64,000 bases of DNA from Perkinsus olseni (taxonomy: Eukaryota), in the NCBI GenBank assembly GCA_013115125.1, contig JABANN010000057.1, positions 1 to 64,000 on the forward strand. Direction: 5' to 3'. The notes under the pieces were generated by a model, which was not told the DNA's origin, ran no database searches, and worked only from the letters and a program-made list of their open reading frames with translations. Every line of letters starts with the position of its first letter. Position 1 is the stretch's first letter. Shown piece after piece: positions 25,201 through 38,487 of the stretch. The position numbers and the translations under genes are program-made.

Positions 25201-28200
25201 GGTAGTCGATCGGAGGACCCCACTATGGGTCAGCATGCTTGGAAGCTCTTCGGTGGAGCTGAGCGCCTCTGGGTTGACGAGGGTCGGGTTCTTGGCATGG
25301 AAGCGGCAGGAGGATCTAAGTTGGAGTTCGAGGAGCGTGTGGAAGATAATGGGGATGTGGCCGATTTCGTACGATGCTTGCAGAACGCTATGCAGTCTGC
25401 GATACGCTCGGTGGTACTGCGGGTTTACCGAGGGAAGGCTGTCGCCCAACTCGGGGAGGATATCCCGGGAGAACCTCTTCAAGTCGTGGAGTGCTCGAGC
25501 GAGGTCAGCTGGGCAGCACACATCGAAGGGCTATTGCGGGCTGAGGAGCTGGAGCCTTTGAGGGATTACTGTGGACGGCTTGCTGAGGCCCTCGGCGCTG
25601 TAGTGGCTTCAATCCGGAACGGTACTGCATCACCGGCGGGGCAGCAAAGGCGCCTGGAGTCGCTTGCTGTGATGACCGTGCAACATCATGATGTTGTTGA
25701 GAGACTGTGTGGTGCAGGAGAGGGGCGGGTCTTCTTCTGGCAGTCGCAATTGAAGTACAGCATTGACGAGGAAGGCAGGGCGTGGGTGGAGACACTGGGG
25801 TTCAGGCAGCCGTACTGTTATGAGTACATCGGAGAACGCGGGAGGATGGTCATGACGCCGACAACACTTAGAGGGTATCACACCATGTTTCTCTCGCTGC
25901 GATCTTTCCATGGGACCATGATTGATGACAGGCCGGGGTCAGGGAAGGGCGCTTTGGTTAGGGACCTCTCCCGAGCATTAGGGCGGCCATTATTGGAGCT
26001 TGTCTGTAGTGAGCGGATGAGCTTCAGCCTCATCGAAAGGGTCCTCAAGGGTATGGCGGGTGGTGGCGCCCTTTGCCTGGTGAAAGATGCTGATAAACTT
26101 ACTGGGGAGGTAGGCGGGATGTAGGCTCTGGGAAAATGAGAGGATTTTCTTCAGGTACTGCCAGGGCTGTTTGACACGCTGCATAGGATATGCTCGACGG
26201 TGAGCTGCGGCGAGTCCGAGCTGGTCTGCAGTGGAAGGAGCCTCCCCCTGATGACAACTTTCGGCTACTTTCTGACTGTGCGTGATCAGCGCAGCTTCGC
26301 TCAGTGGCGGAGGAAGACGTGTCACCTTCTACGACCGTTGTCGAGGGTAGAGCCTGATATACAGACCGTGGCGGGCATAGGGTTGAGGATGGCTGGTTAC
26401 TCGCGGCCATGGGAACTCAGCAGAGGGCTATCGATAGTACTGCGCGCCAGTGAGCACTTGATGGGCTCAGGCGAGAGTCGGAGCTGCTGTGTAGCTCTAT
26501 TGAAGAGGATATTGGAGAGGCTCCCATCGCAGGAAAAAGCTTCCATGGGATTGCAGGGAGAGGTAGTCCGCGCTCTGGAGGATGTCCTGTTGCCGAGGCT
26601 GCGTAATGCTGGTGACGCTGAGCTTGTGAAGAGTCTCGCCAGGGAGCTGCTCGCTGGCAGCCCGGTCGAGTGCTCCGCAGTAGTGGCCGAACCGGACGTC
26701 TCACAACATAGCTTTGATTCTAAGGCGGTGAAGCTCTCGGATATGTTGGCGAACAGGAGGGGGGTTTTCGTAACGGGTCCGCCATGTAGCGGGAAGAGTA
26801 CGATGATCGCTGCAGCTGCTGCTTTGAGTGGCCTATCCTCCAGTGCTGTTTTCACGGTCTGTGCCGGGGCCTACTGTGCTCAGGAGATTCTTGGTAGCTC
26901 CGTCTGGGGCAGTGGTTTGGTCACCTCCTTACTGCGAGATCATGATGAGGGCCCCGTGTGGATCGTGCTGGACGGCTGCCCGGTGTCTGCGGTTGAGGGC
27001 CTCGCGCTCTTGCTAGAGAACGGGAGCCATGCCCTCCAGTCGGGCGATCGAATCAGAGTCAACCCTGGTGCACGGGTCCTGTTCGAAGTGCCGGACCTAG
27101 GGCTTCTCTCGCCCGCGCTGGTGGGGAGGTGTGCTGTGGTAGCTCTAGGCGATGAGCTCACCTGGGCTATGGTCTTGGATGGCTGGTGTCCTGAAGGAGG
27201 GGACACTGACGTTGTGGCCGAGGTTCGGGAGGGTGTGAGACGCTTCGTGCTGGGGTTGGAGGCAGCGCAATCAGCAGAGAATGGAGGCATGCTGGATGAA
27301 ATTCCTTTGGGGCTCGTTGCCAAGAACAGCTGCAAGCTGGCTTGGGCTCTTCTGCCGGAGGCGAGAAAGTAAATCAATAGGATCCACAGGGTGGTCGACA
27401 GACTCGGTTCTCTGTCTCAGTTCGGCATCGGCCGTCGCAGCAGGTCAGCAGAGGAGCGCGGCCCCTTTCGACGGTTTTGTACAGCGAACTGTTATGTGAG
27501 TGGGGGGGGCTACTGGGGGCGTTGGAAAGACTGTGACCTTCCTCTCGCGTGGCTTGTCAGGTACGCTGCAGTGTGGAGTGTGTGCAGCTTTTTGGGCAGG
27601 GCTCTCGAGGACTGGCATCGTGTGGAACGGGTGAGCGGCTGCTGGTCGGACAGCCGGTAGGTCATCTCAGGTTATTCGAAATATTGCTGCAAGGGACTGT
27701 CTGGGTGCTGAGCGGTCCGACTGCCACTTGGCAATGCCTTCTGAGGGGTAGGTGCGCTTAGGCTGGCTCCCTAGGGGGAGAATCGGCTCAGGTCCCTCTT
27801 TGATTACATCCCCGTGATGGATGCTTCCGGGTGGTTGGCTTGCCGCTCGCAACTGAATGGTGGATGCAGGCTGCTGCTGCTCCCAACGGCTCCACAGGCT
27901 GGAGCCTTGGCGCTGTTGCCTCGCCTTGCTGCCTCGAGCGAGCGAATGTGCGTAGTACTGCGAGGCCCTCGAGGGTGTGGCAAATCTACCATCATCAGTA
28001 GCCTCGCGGAGAGGCCATTTGAGAGCCGCTACCGAGACAGGTAAATCACCGCAGTCGGCCGGAGTATCATCTGAGGGAGGGATCCTAGGTTGATGATAAT
28101 GACCACAGCTGCGACAGGCTCGAATGATATACAGAAATGCCTTGAGGAGGGAGTGGTGAAGCGCACCCGAGGTGGCGCCGCGCCTTCCCAAAGGGAACAT

Positions 28201-31200
28201 GGGCCGCGAGCAGATACTTTCGGCTCGGCTGGTGGGGAGGGCACAATGGTGGTGATAGAGGATTTGCATTTGGCCAAGCAGGTGGAGGGAGTGCAGCCTG
28301 CGGTGGAGTTCCTCAGGGGGGTGGGTGATGGAAATCGCCCTTGAGCGACTGGCTAATGATGCAGGTTGTGATGACGCGAGGATGGTTGGATCGATCAGCG
28401 TGGCGCAGGGTCAAGGTTGAGGGTAATGTTCACTGGGTCGTTAGTATGACCTCGCCACTGAACGGGGGGAGTGCTGGCCAGTCCCAGGGCTTCGGGCCTC
28501 ATAGTAGGCTCTTGAAGGACGCTATCACGGTAATGATGCTGAGAACACGAGCGTTCTGCCGCTGCTTCGTTTCTGAGTAGTCCTATTCAGATCGGCCTCC
28601 CAAGCGTATCCAATGCAAGCATGGAAGCCATCTACAGTGAAGTGATATCTCGCGTTTTCTTGAGGGGTAGTGTCGTCTCTTGGCCGCTGGCTTGACCACC
28701 CATTCCTCAAGGTTCCGGTGAGTCAACCGCCACCCTAAGAGGTTCCACTGGGCTGGAAAGTATCTCTAACGTCATCAGAGTGTACGGCTGGATAGGAGAG
28801 AAGGACTGACTTTCGCTTTTGCAGGTATCGTGAACAGACCGGCCCTCTCAGCACGAGTATGTGGCGATATGAACTTGGCCGCACCCTTGAGGCCTGCTCG
28901 CTTGGGGAGGGTCAGGCTTTGATCCGTGAGATACGAGATGATATCCTTTGCGGTGCGGACGGAACGACTGACGTCCTCGAGGGCATGTTGCCGGAGCAAG
29001 AAGATATCACGGCTGTGGTGGAGGGAAAGTTGGAAACATTCCGCTCTGTCACTGATCTCTTGGAGTATCTAAGAAGGAAGCTGGCTGGCACAGCGATGAG
29101 CTCTTTTGCCTTGTGGCCAGACATGGTGCGGCATAAGTCCCGACTCGCTGCCCACCTCCCCTTTCCAGGTCAGGACGATCGCTGGCTTGAGCTGTGTGCT
29201 CACGAGAGCTAATGGCCACGTTACACTGCTGGGCGAGCAGCCTGGCATTGTTGGCAAGGCTGTTGTCGTCCGACTCACTTGCTTCCTTGCTGGAGTGCAG
29301 CTACAGGAGCTGGATGCCTCCGATCTCGCAGAGAATGTGTGCTTGGAGGAAACAGCTGCCGTGGTGGGCTCGAGGAGGGGTCATCGACTCAGAAAGTACA
29401 TCTCCCTCAGTGCTCGACCGAGGTGGTAGTGATGATCCGGAACTCGAACGCCCTCACCAACGGGGCGTTGCAGAGCATCTCGCGCCTGACGAGCATGGTG
29501 AGTTAAGTTGATCAGACACAGTGGCTCCGGGTTCTGTAGGGCCGAACGAGTCGGTCGACGGGCAGCGATCATGGTGGACAGGGCGAGGCTAGGTGAGGTA
29601 ACCCTCTAACAGGCAGAGGCGGATGGGAACCTGTGTAGAGCGGGTAACGTCCACGTCGTGCTGTGCGTGGAGACGGCCGAATCTGGCCTGTTGGAAGCGT
29701 GGGCGCGGAGGTTTCCGGAGATACTGAAGACCTGTGTGAGGCTGAGGTACTGAACTCTTGCGAGGCGAATAGAGTCGGAAATCGCCGCTGCTCCTAGGCA
29801 AAAGACGTGGACTCAGGACATCCGCCGTATCGTGTTGAGGGCAAAGCTTGAAGCGGTCGCTGGGCAGTTCGATGAGCTTCATGTAAACGACCTCGCCAGG
29901 CGTCACAGTCGCGCACTTGCCATTCGCTTGGCCATGTTTAGATTGGCAAGATGATTGACGCCTTCTTGGCCGTGGCTGAAGACGACCGGCATTTGATGAC
30001 GTTATTAGAATGCTTCAGTCGCCTCTTCCTGAGGAGGAAGAACACTCTCGAGGAGGTGAGGTTGGGCCTTCACCGTCCCCCTCCTCGAGCTCAGTGTGCA
30101 GATGCTCACCGGCGCCCAGGACTGTTGCGATCGGCTTGAATGTATCGTACAATGGATCGAAGGGACGAGGGAGCTTTTCGCCGGTGGGCTCCAGCCACAC
30201 GCACTCGGCCTACTGACGGACAGAATCCACGCTGTCGAGGGGGTGAGGCTCGCGCATGACGCCTCTCCGAGTAGACGTCTGACATGCCGACTTATCAGAG
30301 TGTTGATACCGCCGTGGCAGCTGATGCTGCGGAGAACGCTTGGCCCAGCTTGGAGGCGGCAGAGGCTGAGCGAGCCCCATCTGAGGATGCACTTGCTGGT
30401 CCGCGAGGAGGGTTGGACAGGGCCAATAGGCTGACCGAGGTGCTTACCGTTGGCCCATGGTCACAGTTCATTACGCTTCGGACCATGTTGGTCCTTGGAT
30501 GGTTGGCTGTCGCCCCAGGTTCTCGAGTCTGCCCGTACCGCTGTGTGGGAGCCTCAGCGCTCCTTCGCCGAGGCCAACCTGGTGTCTCTGGCTGGCGATG
30601 CGCTGCTCTCTGCATTGCTGCTGACCTCACTCGATGGGGATGGGGCTGCTAGTCGTGTCCATGGCATGGAATCTTGCAAGGTCTTGATGGAAAGGCTTGG
30701 TATACCATACGACCAGGACTACTCACTGGCGAGGTTCACGTCAAGGGAGGTAGGCCAGGCTGCCGCTCTGGATGCGACGAGGAGGCTGCCAGATCAACGG
30801 AGTGCGGAGGGAAAACCCGATGTATAGCGGGCTCCTCCGGGCTGCTGTAGTAGAATATATGGTGAAGACTGGAGCTGAACGGGTACTCATTGCGGAGCTA
30901 CACGGGCAAGCAAGGCCGCCCCGTTGTGGAGGAGACTCTGTTGTTGTGAGGGGCGAGAGCCTTCCTGAGATCAGCATGAGAAGGAGTCTGAATCAGGTTG
31001 TCTCCGCTACCTCTCGGGACCTTCAGGCGACTTTGAACCAAGGAGTGGCCTCTGGAGCCGACATACTGGTAACGAACATCGGTAGGCAAACCCGAGGCGT
31101 GAAGGTTGCCGCAGCCTGTCGATATAATCAGGGGAGAGAGTCGGATCTGTAGTACAGGAGCTACGATCCTTGTCCACACTTGCTGAGGAGGGCGGGGACG

Positions 31201-34200
31201 GTACAACTGCGTCGAGGTAGGACTAACATGAGCCCCCTACAGCACGGCCGGGTCGTGGCCAGCGAGGAGCCCTACTTCATAACGCTGGAGGGTATAGTCA
31301 TGCCGTGCCCTCTTTTCTCAGGGTCTACATCGTGATTGATCGAGCATCGCGTCCAGTCGATGTGGCTGGCTGTGTGGGCGATGGAATCTCCGCGGTCGAC
31401 TTCTCGCTCGACAATGCTGCCATCTGTAGTTGGCTTCTGCATGCGGTAATATCATGGCGGTGCTGCTTCACCACCACCGAATGCCGTATCCCTCACCGTA
31501 GCATGTCCAGTGCGTGTGAACAGTTCCCTGCATGGAAGAATTGGAGGGGCCATGACGCTCACGCAGGTTGTGGAGCAGAGTGCTCAGCCGCGAAGAGAGA
31601 AACCCGAGGCGAAGAAGGCTGCTAGCGCGTCCAGGCTGACTGAGCTGCGAGGAGCTTTGCCGCGCATGGTACTTGCCAGTGACGAGACTCTTTATGACGA
31701 GGAAGAAACTGTGACTCGCATGTGTAACGAATGGGTATTGCAAAGCCTTCGGTCATAAGGGGCTCCGATGCCCTCACGGAGCTCTCGCTGCAGGCGAGAT
31801 ATGCGAGGAGATAACGCAAGCTCACCAGCAGCTGGCGGAAGAATCGGTGGTAGAGGTGAGAGTATCTACTGAGTCGTATGGGAGGTACATCCAAAACGGC
31901 TCGCCGTGTTGTCCTTACCCGACCAGCTGTGTCAGCTGTCTATGCTTGGACTAGGTACGAGTGGCTGGTGCGAGGTCTGGCTGCAGTTTACGGAGTAGTT
32001 CGCTTGATGCCCAGGCTAAGCGCTGACTATTGGTAGTCTAGCTTTGGGTGGTCACTCTTCCCTGCGTTTCATAGCTCTCGGCGGCGTCAGGATTCCGCCC
32101 GGCACCTTCGTCACCTGGTGTAAGGAGGGATTAGGGGACCGAGCTGGAGGTCCGGATGGCGATGGCGCCAATGCCGAGCAGCTGAAGCTCTGCATTAGCC
32201 ACATCTTGCGGATGCTCCTCCTCGCATGCGACAAAGTGAGGTCCTCATTTTAGTGGGCTTAGATGATAGTGGTCTTGTGGCATCGGTATAGTAGCTGTGT
32301 TTCAGCGTGACCATCTCGTACTCGCTCTAGCGGTCACTCTGGCACTGGAGTCGCTGAGCGGGCCTCAGTCAGATGTCTACCATCAGTGTTTGAAGTTCTT
32401 ATGCGGCGAGAGTACAGAATCCTGCGGGGAATCAAGTGAGCTACGGCAAGCTGATCTCGGTTCCGCCGGCCGGTATTCCTGCCCGGGCTCCTCGTTTCGT
32501 TTAGCACTGTTGTGGCTCGGTTAGGAGAGAGCCTCCCTGAGGACCTGAAGGAGCCTAGCGAGTGGTTAACAGAAGCGATATGGCGCAATTTCAACCACCT
32601 GTGAGGCTGGCAGAGGTCCCGTCAAGTTTGACCGGATCTGTGCCGAATCTCTTCTCAGCGAACGGCTCGGGGGTCCCTTGCTGAACATCACGGCGAGCTT
32701 GTGTAAGGATCCGGCGCGATGGAACTGTGTGAGGTGCTCTGGCTGCGACTGGCCTTGCCAGCTCAGTGACGTCGAGAAAGCTGTGGTTTTGGTGGCATTG
32801 GACAGTGACTGCCTTGTGAGATTGGCTCCATCAGTGGCCGCCGGCTGATGAGATCCGCCCCTCAGAGTGCGCATTTGCAATCACTCGTCTCAAAGGAATG
32901 GGACCTGGCCCTGCCATTCACCAGAAGAGACCTGCTGCTGCAGCTGACTAGGTTACCTCCCAGGGTGTATCCGATAACTGTGCTCTATGGGATAGCAGCT
33001 CGACTGCAGTACAGCATGGATATAGTGCAGAGAATATTGGTAGGGCATACCAATACTACTGGCAGCCAGTGGAGGAATCGTATCAGGATATTCCACCTGA
33101 GAGAGTGATGGAGGTCATGTCGTTGGCCAGCATTGAGGAGTCGCGGCTCGAGGGTGTCGTCACCGAGGCCGCAAGGTGGGGATACGTGACAGACTTCGTT
33201 CGGTGTCTCGGTTCTACGGCGGCATCTTCCACACCTGAGCAGCTAATGTTCGACCTTCTTAGCTCCGGTCGTGTAGTCTTCCTGCGGGACGCGGATTACG
33301 GGGTGAAAGCCTTGCTGGCGATCTGTGAGGCTCTGCGAAAGCTCAGCAGCGGTGTAGAGTCGAAAATCGCGGAGGGCTTCCGCATCATCCTGACTGTTGA
33401 CGATGCATCAGTGCTTCCAAGCCAGGTGAGGGCCAAATCGACCGAACCACCGGGTCCCAAACAGGGAGGGGATGCTCAGGTACTGGAGCATAGCGTCAAA
33501 GTCTCGGTGGCAGATGGCTGGGTTACGGATGCAGTTGGAGAGTGCCTGTAGGGTATGGGTGAAACTTCTCTAAGAGAGACATAGCTAGAGTCCTGACCGC
33601 TGTATTGACTTGGTCCCACCGCAGGTCAACTCGAGAGGCCTCCAGAGGTTGTCGGCGACGGGAGCTCGACCGCCTCGTTGACTTCCATTTGGCTGTAACT
33701 GATCCTGGGATGAACGCCGTGGCTAGGTACGCCCTCGTCTCCCGTCATTGCCTAGTCGTTAGCGAGAAGCAGTCATGTCTGCGCCCCAGATATTGCCACC
33801 CGCTAACAGAAGCAGATCTACGAGTAGCCGGGGAATTGCTCCTATCGACTGGGCCGAGCACAGAGACTGAGATACGCCAGATGGACTATCTCATCAAGGA
33901 CATTGTCTACGGCAGCGGGGATCGGATGCCTGACGACGAGGATGGCTGTGAGTTTCGGTCGTATCTATTCCTCGTTGTACGCCCTCGAAGGCCTCAGCTC
34001 CTCATATAAGGCAGCTTCGGTCCCAGCGCGGGTCTCCATAACTGCTGGAGTGGAGCATGAGTGAGACTGGCAAGTACGTAGGAGGGAGGAGCGTCTTGGT
34101 TGTTATGTAGGTCACCCGGCGCTCGGAGCTCATTCCCGAACGTGAGGAGACGCTGGGGGGAGCGGGAGGGTACCAGGCTGTGGAGTCGAAGTGGTTGAGA

Positions 34201-35185
34201 CCAGTTCCGTTGATTCTCATTGTAGGAAAGAGGCTTGCAACCCTTCTGGGTATCGACAAGCGACGGATAGTCGACCCCGTACACAGCAGCTCACAGCTGG
34301 GACCCGACCTCCCTGCTTTGGCGGAGGGTCTGAGGCGCGGCTATCCTGATCGCCGGTGGGTGTCATATTAACGTGGGTGAGACTCGCGGCCGAGAGATAG
34401 TGCAGGTTGGATGGCAGTATCTTTGATCACATCCTGCACGCTGAATGCGAAGACTTCGATTGTGCCTTGGCGGAGATCTCAGTGGATAACCACGGCTGGA
34501 CAGAGGAACAGAGGTCTCTCCAAATCCGTCTTATGAGCGCACAGGAAAGATTCCTTCGACAGTGGTACCACTTGGTTCAGCCTAGCATCATGCTCATTCT
34601 GCCATCCAGGATCGAGTCGGGACCACCCAGGGAGTGGGCGCTGGGCCTCCTCTCGCGACCGGGTCGGCTCCTGATTGCTGTGCTTGCAGCGGCCAGGTGT
34701 GACGTAGGCCAAGGGGAGTTGGTGTGGAGGTTGAGCGCGGCATCTGCGGACACTTCCCCTACTTCGGCGGAAGGTCAGACTAGCGGACTCATCGTGAGTG
34801 CCCTCCAGCGATGGCTGATGAGTGTTTTTCACGGTTCCTCTCACTATTAGATAAGTGCCTTGCATGTGGTGGAAGGCCGTCGGGGTTACCACAGTAGAGC
34901 GACGGGGAGCATGGAATCGCTAGAGGAACCCGCATACCGGCTGCCTGCCATGCTACTGCGCCCAACAACGCCGCCACCTAGAAGCACCTCTCAGAGCACA
35001 GAGGAAGGCATTTACTGCACTGCGATCGTCTCGAGGAATCGCGGGTCGATTGGAGTGGCCAGGCGCCGCTGGTGGCAACTGGTTTTCTCAGGCACCTCAT
35101 AGACGTCGAGCTAGCAGTTGAGGACGGCGAAACGAGGATCCTGCTCCCCCCGATGGGTGCCTTCATCCTCCTCGTCACCCCATGA
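19231..35185 (+). CDS. Highly divergent axonemal (inner-arm-type) dynein heavy chain-like protein; exons at 19231-20900 may be a separate gene
   Basis: Tail motif YEEAVRRAVVDYLLMD; linker YMEAKRHQCPRLFFL; FFWQSQLKY; YCYEYIG..RMVMTP; P-loops GPPCSGKST and GPRGCGKST; SLAGDALLSA; C-terminal LIDVELAV...GAFILLVTP*. Confidence 0.9.
19728..19829 (+). ncRNA. Intronic box C/D guide RNA predicted to target U5 snRNA Cm45 (U85-like), copy 1
   Basis: C box GTGATGA 19732-19738, C' ATGATGA 19793-19799, D box CTGA 19820-19823. Guide aaatctttagtaa is complementary to U5 UUACUAAAGAUUU. Terminal ccc/ggg. Confidence 0.8.
19842..19927 (+). ncRNA. Intronic box C/D guide RNA predicted to target U5 snRNA Cm45 (U85-like), copy 2
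   Basis: Terminal stem gtct/agac; C box 19846-19852 followed by tataaggcgaa; C'-like ATGATTA; guide tctttagtaa; D box 19921-19924. Confidence 0.8.
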
Positions 35186-35212
35186 TCTCCTAATTCCTAT
35201 GTGACATGTGCC

Positions 35213-37356
35213 ATGTCGTCTCCTGATTGCCATCTTTCGTTGCGGTTGAGTTCTCCTAGTGTTATGACTCGAAGGGATGGGACAGGTGGTACATTTTTGG
35301 TCATCACTATGAGACCGCAACGGCCGCCGCCGCCACCACCGCCGAACCATCGAACAGAGATCGCTTTGCTGGTCGACAAGGCAATTTCTGTATTGCAAAG
35401 TAGGCCGGACTGGGGTCGTTCTGCATGGATCATCATCGCTCGGCTGGGGATGGATGTGGTCGTTTCAGTGACGATATCGGCCTTGGCTCGGGAGAGGGAC
35501 ATCCTGGATGATGAGTGGCGGAGATTAGGGGAGACTCAGGAGCACGAGGGACTCTCTGCCGTCCACGCTCACACCATACCAACAGAACCCTCCGCTGAGA
35601 CTGACCACGTACCCTCTATTGAAGATGGGGCTGTAGGGTTTCGATGCTCGAGACTGCGAGGTGTATGGCTATGGCCCAGGTTAGCGTGTCGGACCTCCTG
35701 CCACCTGCACCCCAGGGGAATGACCCTGTGTCAGCAGCAGCCGCTGTCGCTGCTATAGACTTCGACTCGCACGCTGCAATCTCCCCTATGAGAGCAGTAG
35801 CGGCAGCGGCGGCAGCTCAACAGCTTTCTTCTCGCGGGCGTGGGGGCCGCAGGTCTAGTGGAATACCTGGCGTTAGCTGGCATTCTCAGACAGGTAAGGG
35901 CATCGGTGTCACTGTCTTACTCAGGGTCCCGCGCTGTAGGTCGCTGGGTTGCGCGCTGGACCGGTGACGACAAGAAGGAGCACTCGAAGGGGTTCTCAGC
36001 CAAGCGACACGGTGATGCCAAGGCCCTTCAGATGGCAGTCGGTAAGTGATGAGTGGGAAGCTACTACTGCCCCTCAGAAGTGCTTGCTTAGCCACTAGAA
36101 GAGCAATGCACGTTCGAGCCTCGGACCATTCTTCACCAATCGGTGAGGATGCCGCCATGACCCCGCCCTCTGAGGGGTCGGAAGCGAACGAGGAGCCTGC
36201 TGCTAAGAGGAGTCGTGACGAAGGGCAGCTATGTACTTACTCTGTGGTCCCTTGGTGGTCACGCCTCCTCCTCAGACGAGACAATATCGGCCCTAGCTCA
36301 ACTGGCAAGTGACCCCGTTCTCGGGCATCCAGGCCCGCCAGAACGGTTAACGACGGTGGAGGATTGCCTCGCCTTGTGTGACCTTGGCACTGTAATACAC
36401 CACTCGGTTCCTTGTCGCCGGAATGACGATCTTATGCTGTTAACAGTTGGGGTCGCATCCTCTCACGCCAGAAGCCGAACGAGAGGTCGCCGAGGCCGTG
36501 CTACCTCCCCTCCCTTCTGGGGCTCATGCCAGTACGGACCGACCCAGCGGAGTGAGTCTCTCGTTGACGGTGTAGTATTGCCCAACGGGCCTGCGCTGCT
36601 CAGGTACAAGGCGTGACCTGGCATCCACTCAACCGCACATGGGCTACACGGTGGCGGGAGTCCGAGGGTCAGCAGCGGAGCAAGAGCTTTGCGGTGTCCA
36701 AGTATGGAGACGATGGAGCCTTCAGACTCGCTATCAGACTACGGAAGGTAAGCCGCTGTTGACGCATGCATTCAGAGGTGACTTGAGGAACTCCTTTCCG
36801 CGCCAGTATTGAAGGAGTGACAAATCGATGCTGCTGGTTTGTCCTAAGCTACGATGTCTTCCTTCAGCTCCTAGAAGATTTGGGCTTCGTCTCGCCGCAC
36901 CTCGGTCGACCGTCAGAGCGAGGCACTCCTCCACCGGTGGCGTCTCTCCCGAGCACCGAGGCATGGATACCTAGTGCCATGCCAGTGGTGGCCGAGGAGC
37001 AGGCCTCGGACCATGCGGCGGCGATGCCACATCGTGGACCTGGTGCTAAGATGAGAAGTGGCGTCCCCGGCGTGACTTGGAACGAGACCTATCAAATGTG
37101 GGTTGCGAGGTGGCGTGAGGAGCCTAAGGGTAGGCTGATGTCTGTTCTTCCGAGGAGCCCGTGAGTTTTAGCCTCAGGTCGAGAGAACAGTCGGACATTC
37201 TCGGTGAAGCAGTATGGAGCGCATGAGGCCTTGCAAATGGCAATTGATTATAGACGAATGATGGAGGACGTCGGAAGGGTGTGTCTCCCGAGAGGAGCAA
37301 CATCTTCGGCGGCTGCCACGATGGCACATCACGCCGAAACTGCAGAAGACGATTAA
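35213..37356 (+). CDS. ApiAP2-type transcription factor with three AP2 domains
   Basis: SGIPGVSWHSQTGRWVARW...KGFSAKRHG; YKGVTWHPLNRTWATRW...KSFAVSKYG; SGVPGVTWNETYQMWVARW...RTFSVKQYG. Start could be 35213, 35264 or 35309. Confidence 0.9.
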
Positions 37357-37463
37357 TGAACAATATCATTATCTTGCCTGAGCCGTACGAGCTCCGTCAC
37401 TCTTGCGTTTGAAAGGTTGGAGACAGAGTAGGGTGTAGCATCAGCCTACTGTTGTGCCTTGTT

Positions 37464-38332
37464 ATGTCACGACTGAAAGCCAACCCACGGATAAAGAGTA
37501 GGCCGGCGGATGATAGAACTCAGCACCACTACGGCTTCGCGTCACAGATGATCCGGTCGTGAATCACTTGGTCAACGCGGCACCATTCTACGACGATACG
37601 CTAGTCCCAGATTTTGCAGTAGAGAACAACACAGCGATACTCTACACAACGTAGGCTTTTGTGTTTCCCATCTCATCGCTAAGGACTATCATTCTAGGTT
37701 GGGCACCTACCGGCGAAAGCGAGACGAGCTGCCGAAGCGCGTTCGCGATCTGGGCCGAGTGAAGCCGCCGTACCGTGTGAATGTCTTATTGTGTTTGGTA
37801 GCAGCATCGGGCGCCACGCCTGCGTTGTTGTCATCCCTCCTCCTTCAGGTTGATATCCCTGCTGCAGAGGCCGGGGAGTGCTTAGAGGCTCTGAATCTCA
37901 TTGCCGCCAACACTGGCCTCTCCCTGCTTCTTGCCTGGTCTAGCGTGGAGGCCTCGCGTTATGTTCAAACCTTGTATAAATATCAAGGTGCTCTCCTCGA
38001 CATCGAGCGCTGCAGCGTTACGATCAATTCAATGGTATTTAGGCAAAGAAGCATCCATCATCCGAGGGGTGCATCGCGTGGCTGCCGACGACTTCATGGG
38101 TCGAGCAAGAGAGGCTCTGACCGCCGTTCGTGGATCTGCAACCAGGACTGATGTTGAGAATCTTTACAAACGCTTCGGGTACTGTGACTGCGAAGAAATC
38201 AGCAGTGTTGGATGCTCTCTCAGGACTTTCGCTGGTATCGTATCAGCAACCAAAGGAGAAGTGATGCAGATACACGGAATAGGAGAGTCCAAGGCCCAAG
38301 TATTAGACCGCTGTTTCAATGAGAAATTTTGA
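37464..38332 (+). CDS. ERCC1: DNA excision repair protein ERCC1/Rad10
   Basis: LVPDFAV, RVNVLLCLVD, LLLAWSSVEASRYV, and C-terminal HhH motif IHGIGESKA. Confidence 0.85.
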
Positions 38333-38487
38333 TAACCATTTGACCATATTCTGAGGCCATGAGTTCTTCGTCGTGTTGTGACGGTGCGGTCGCTTGCTCG
38401 GTTCGAATCGATTACCCGGGCGAGCGCGTATGCGATTGCTGATGATGTCAAGCGTATTGCTGTTTTGATCTTTGCGGTTTGCTTACT

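Noticed and set aside
20947-27377. Long minus-strand ORFs (e.g. 20947-21660, 26397-26855)
   Set aside because: Antisense shadows of GC-rich dynein exons with no recognisable motifs.
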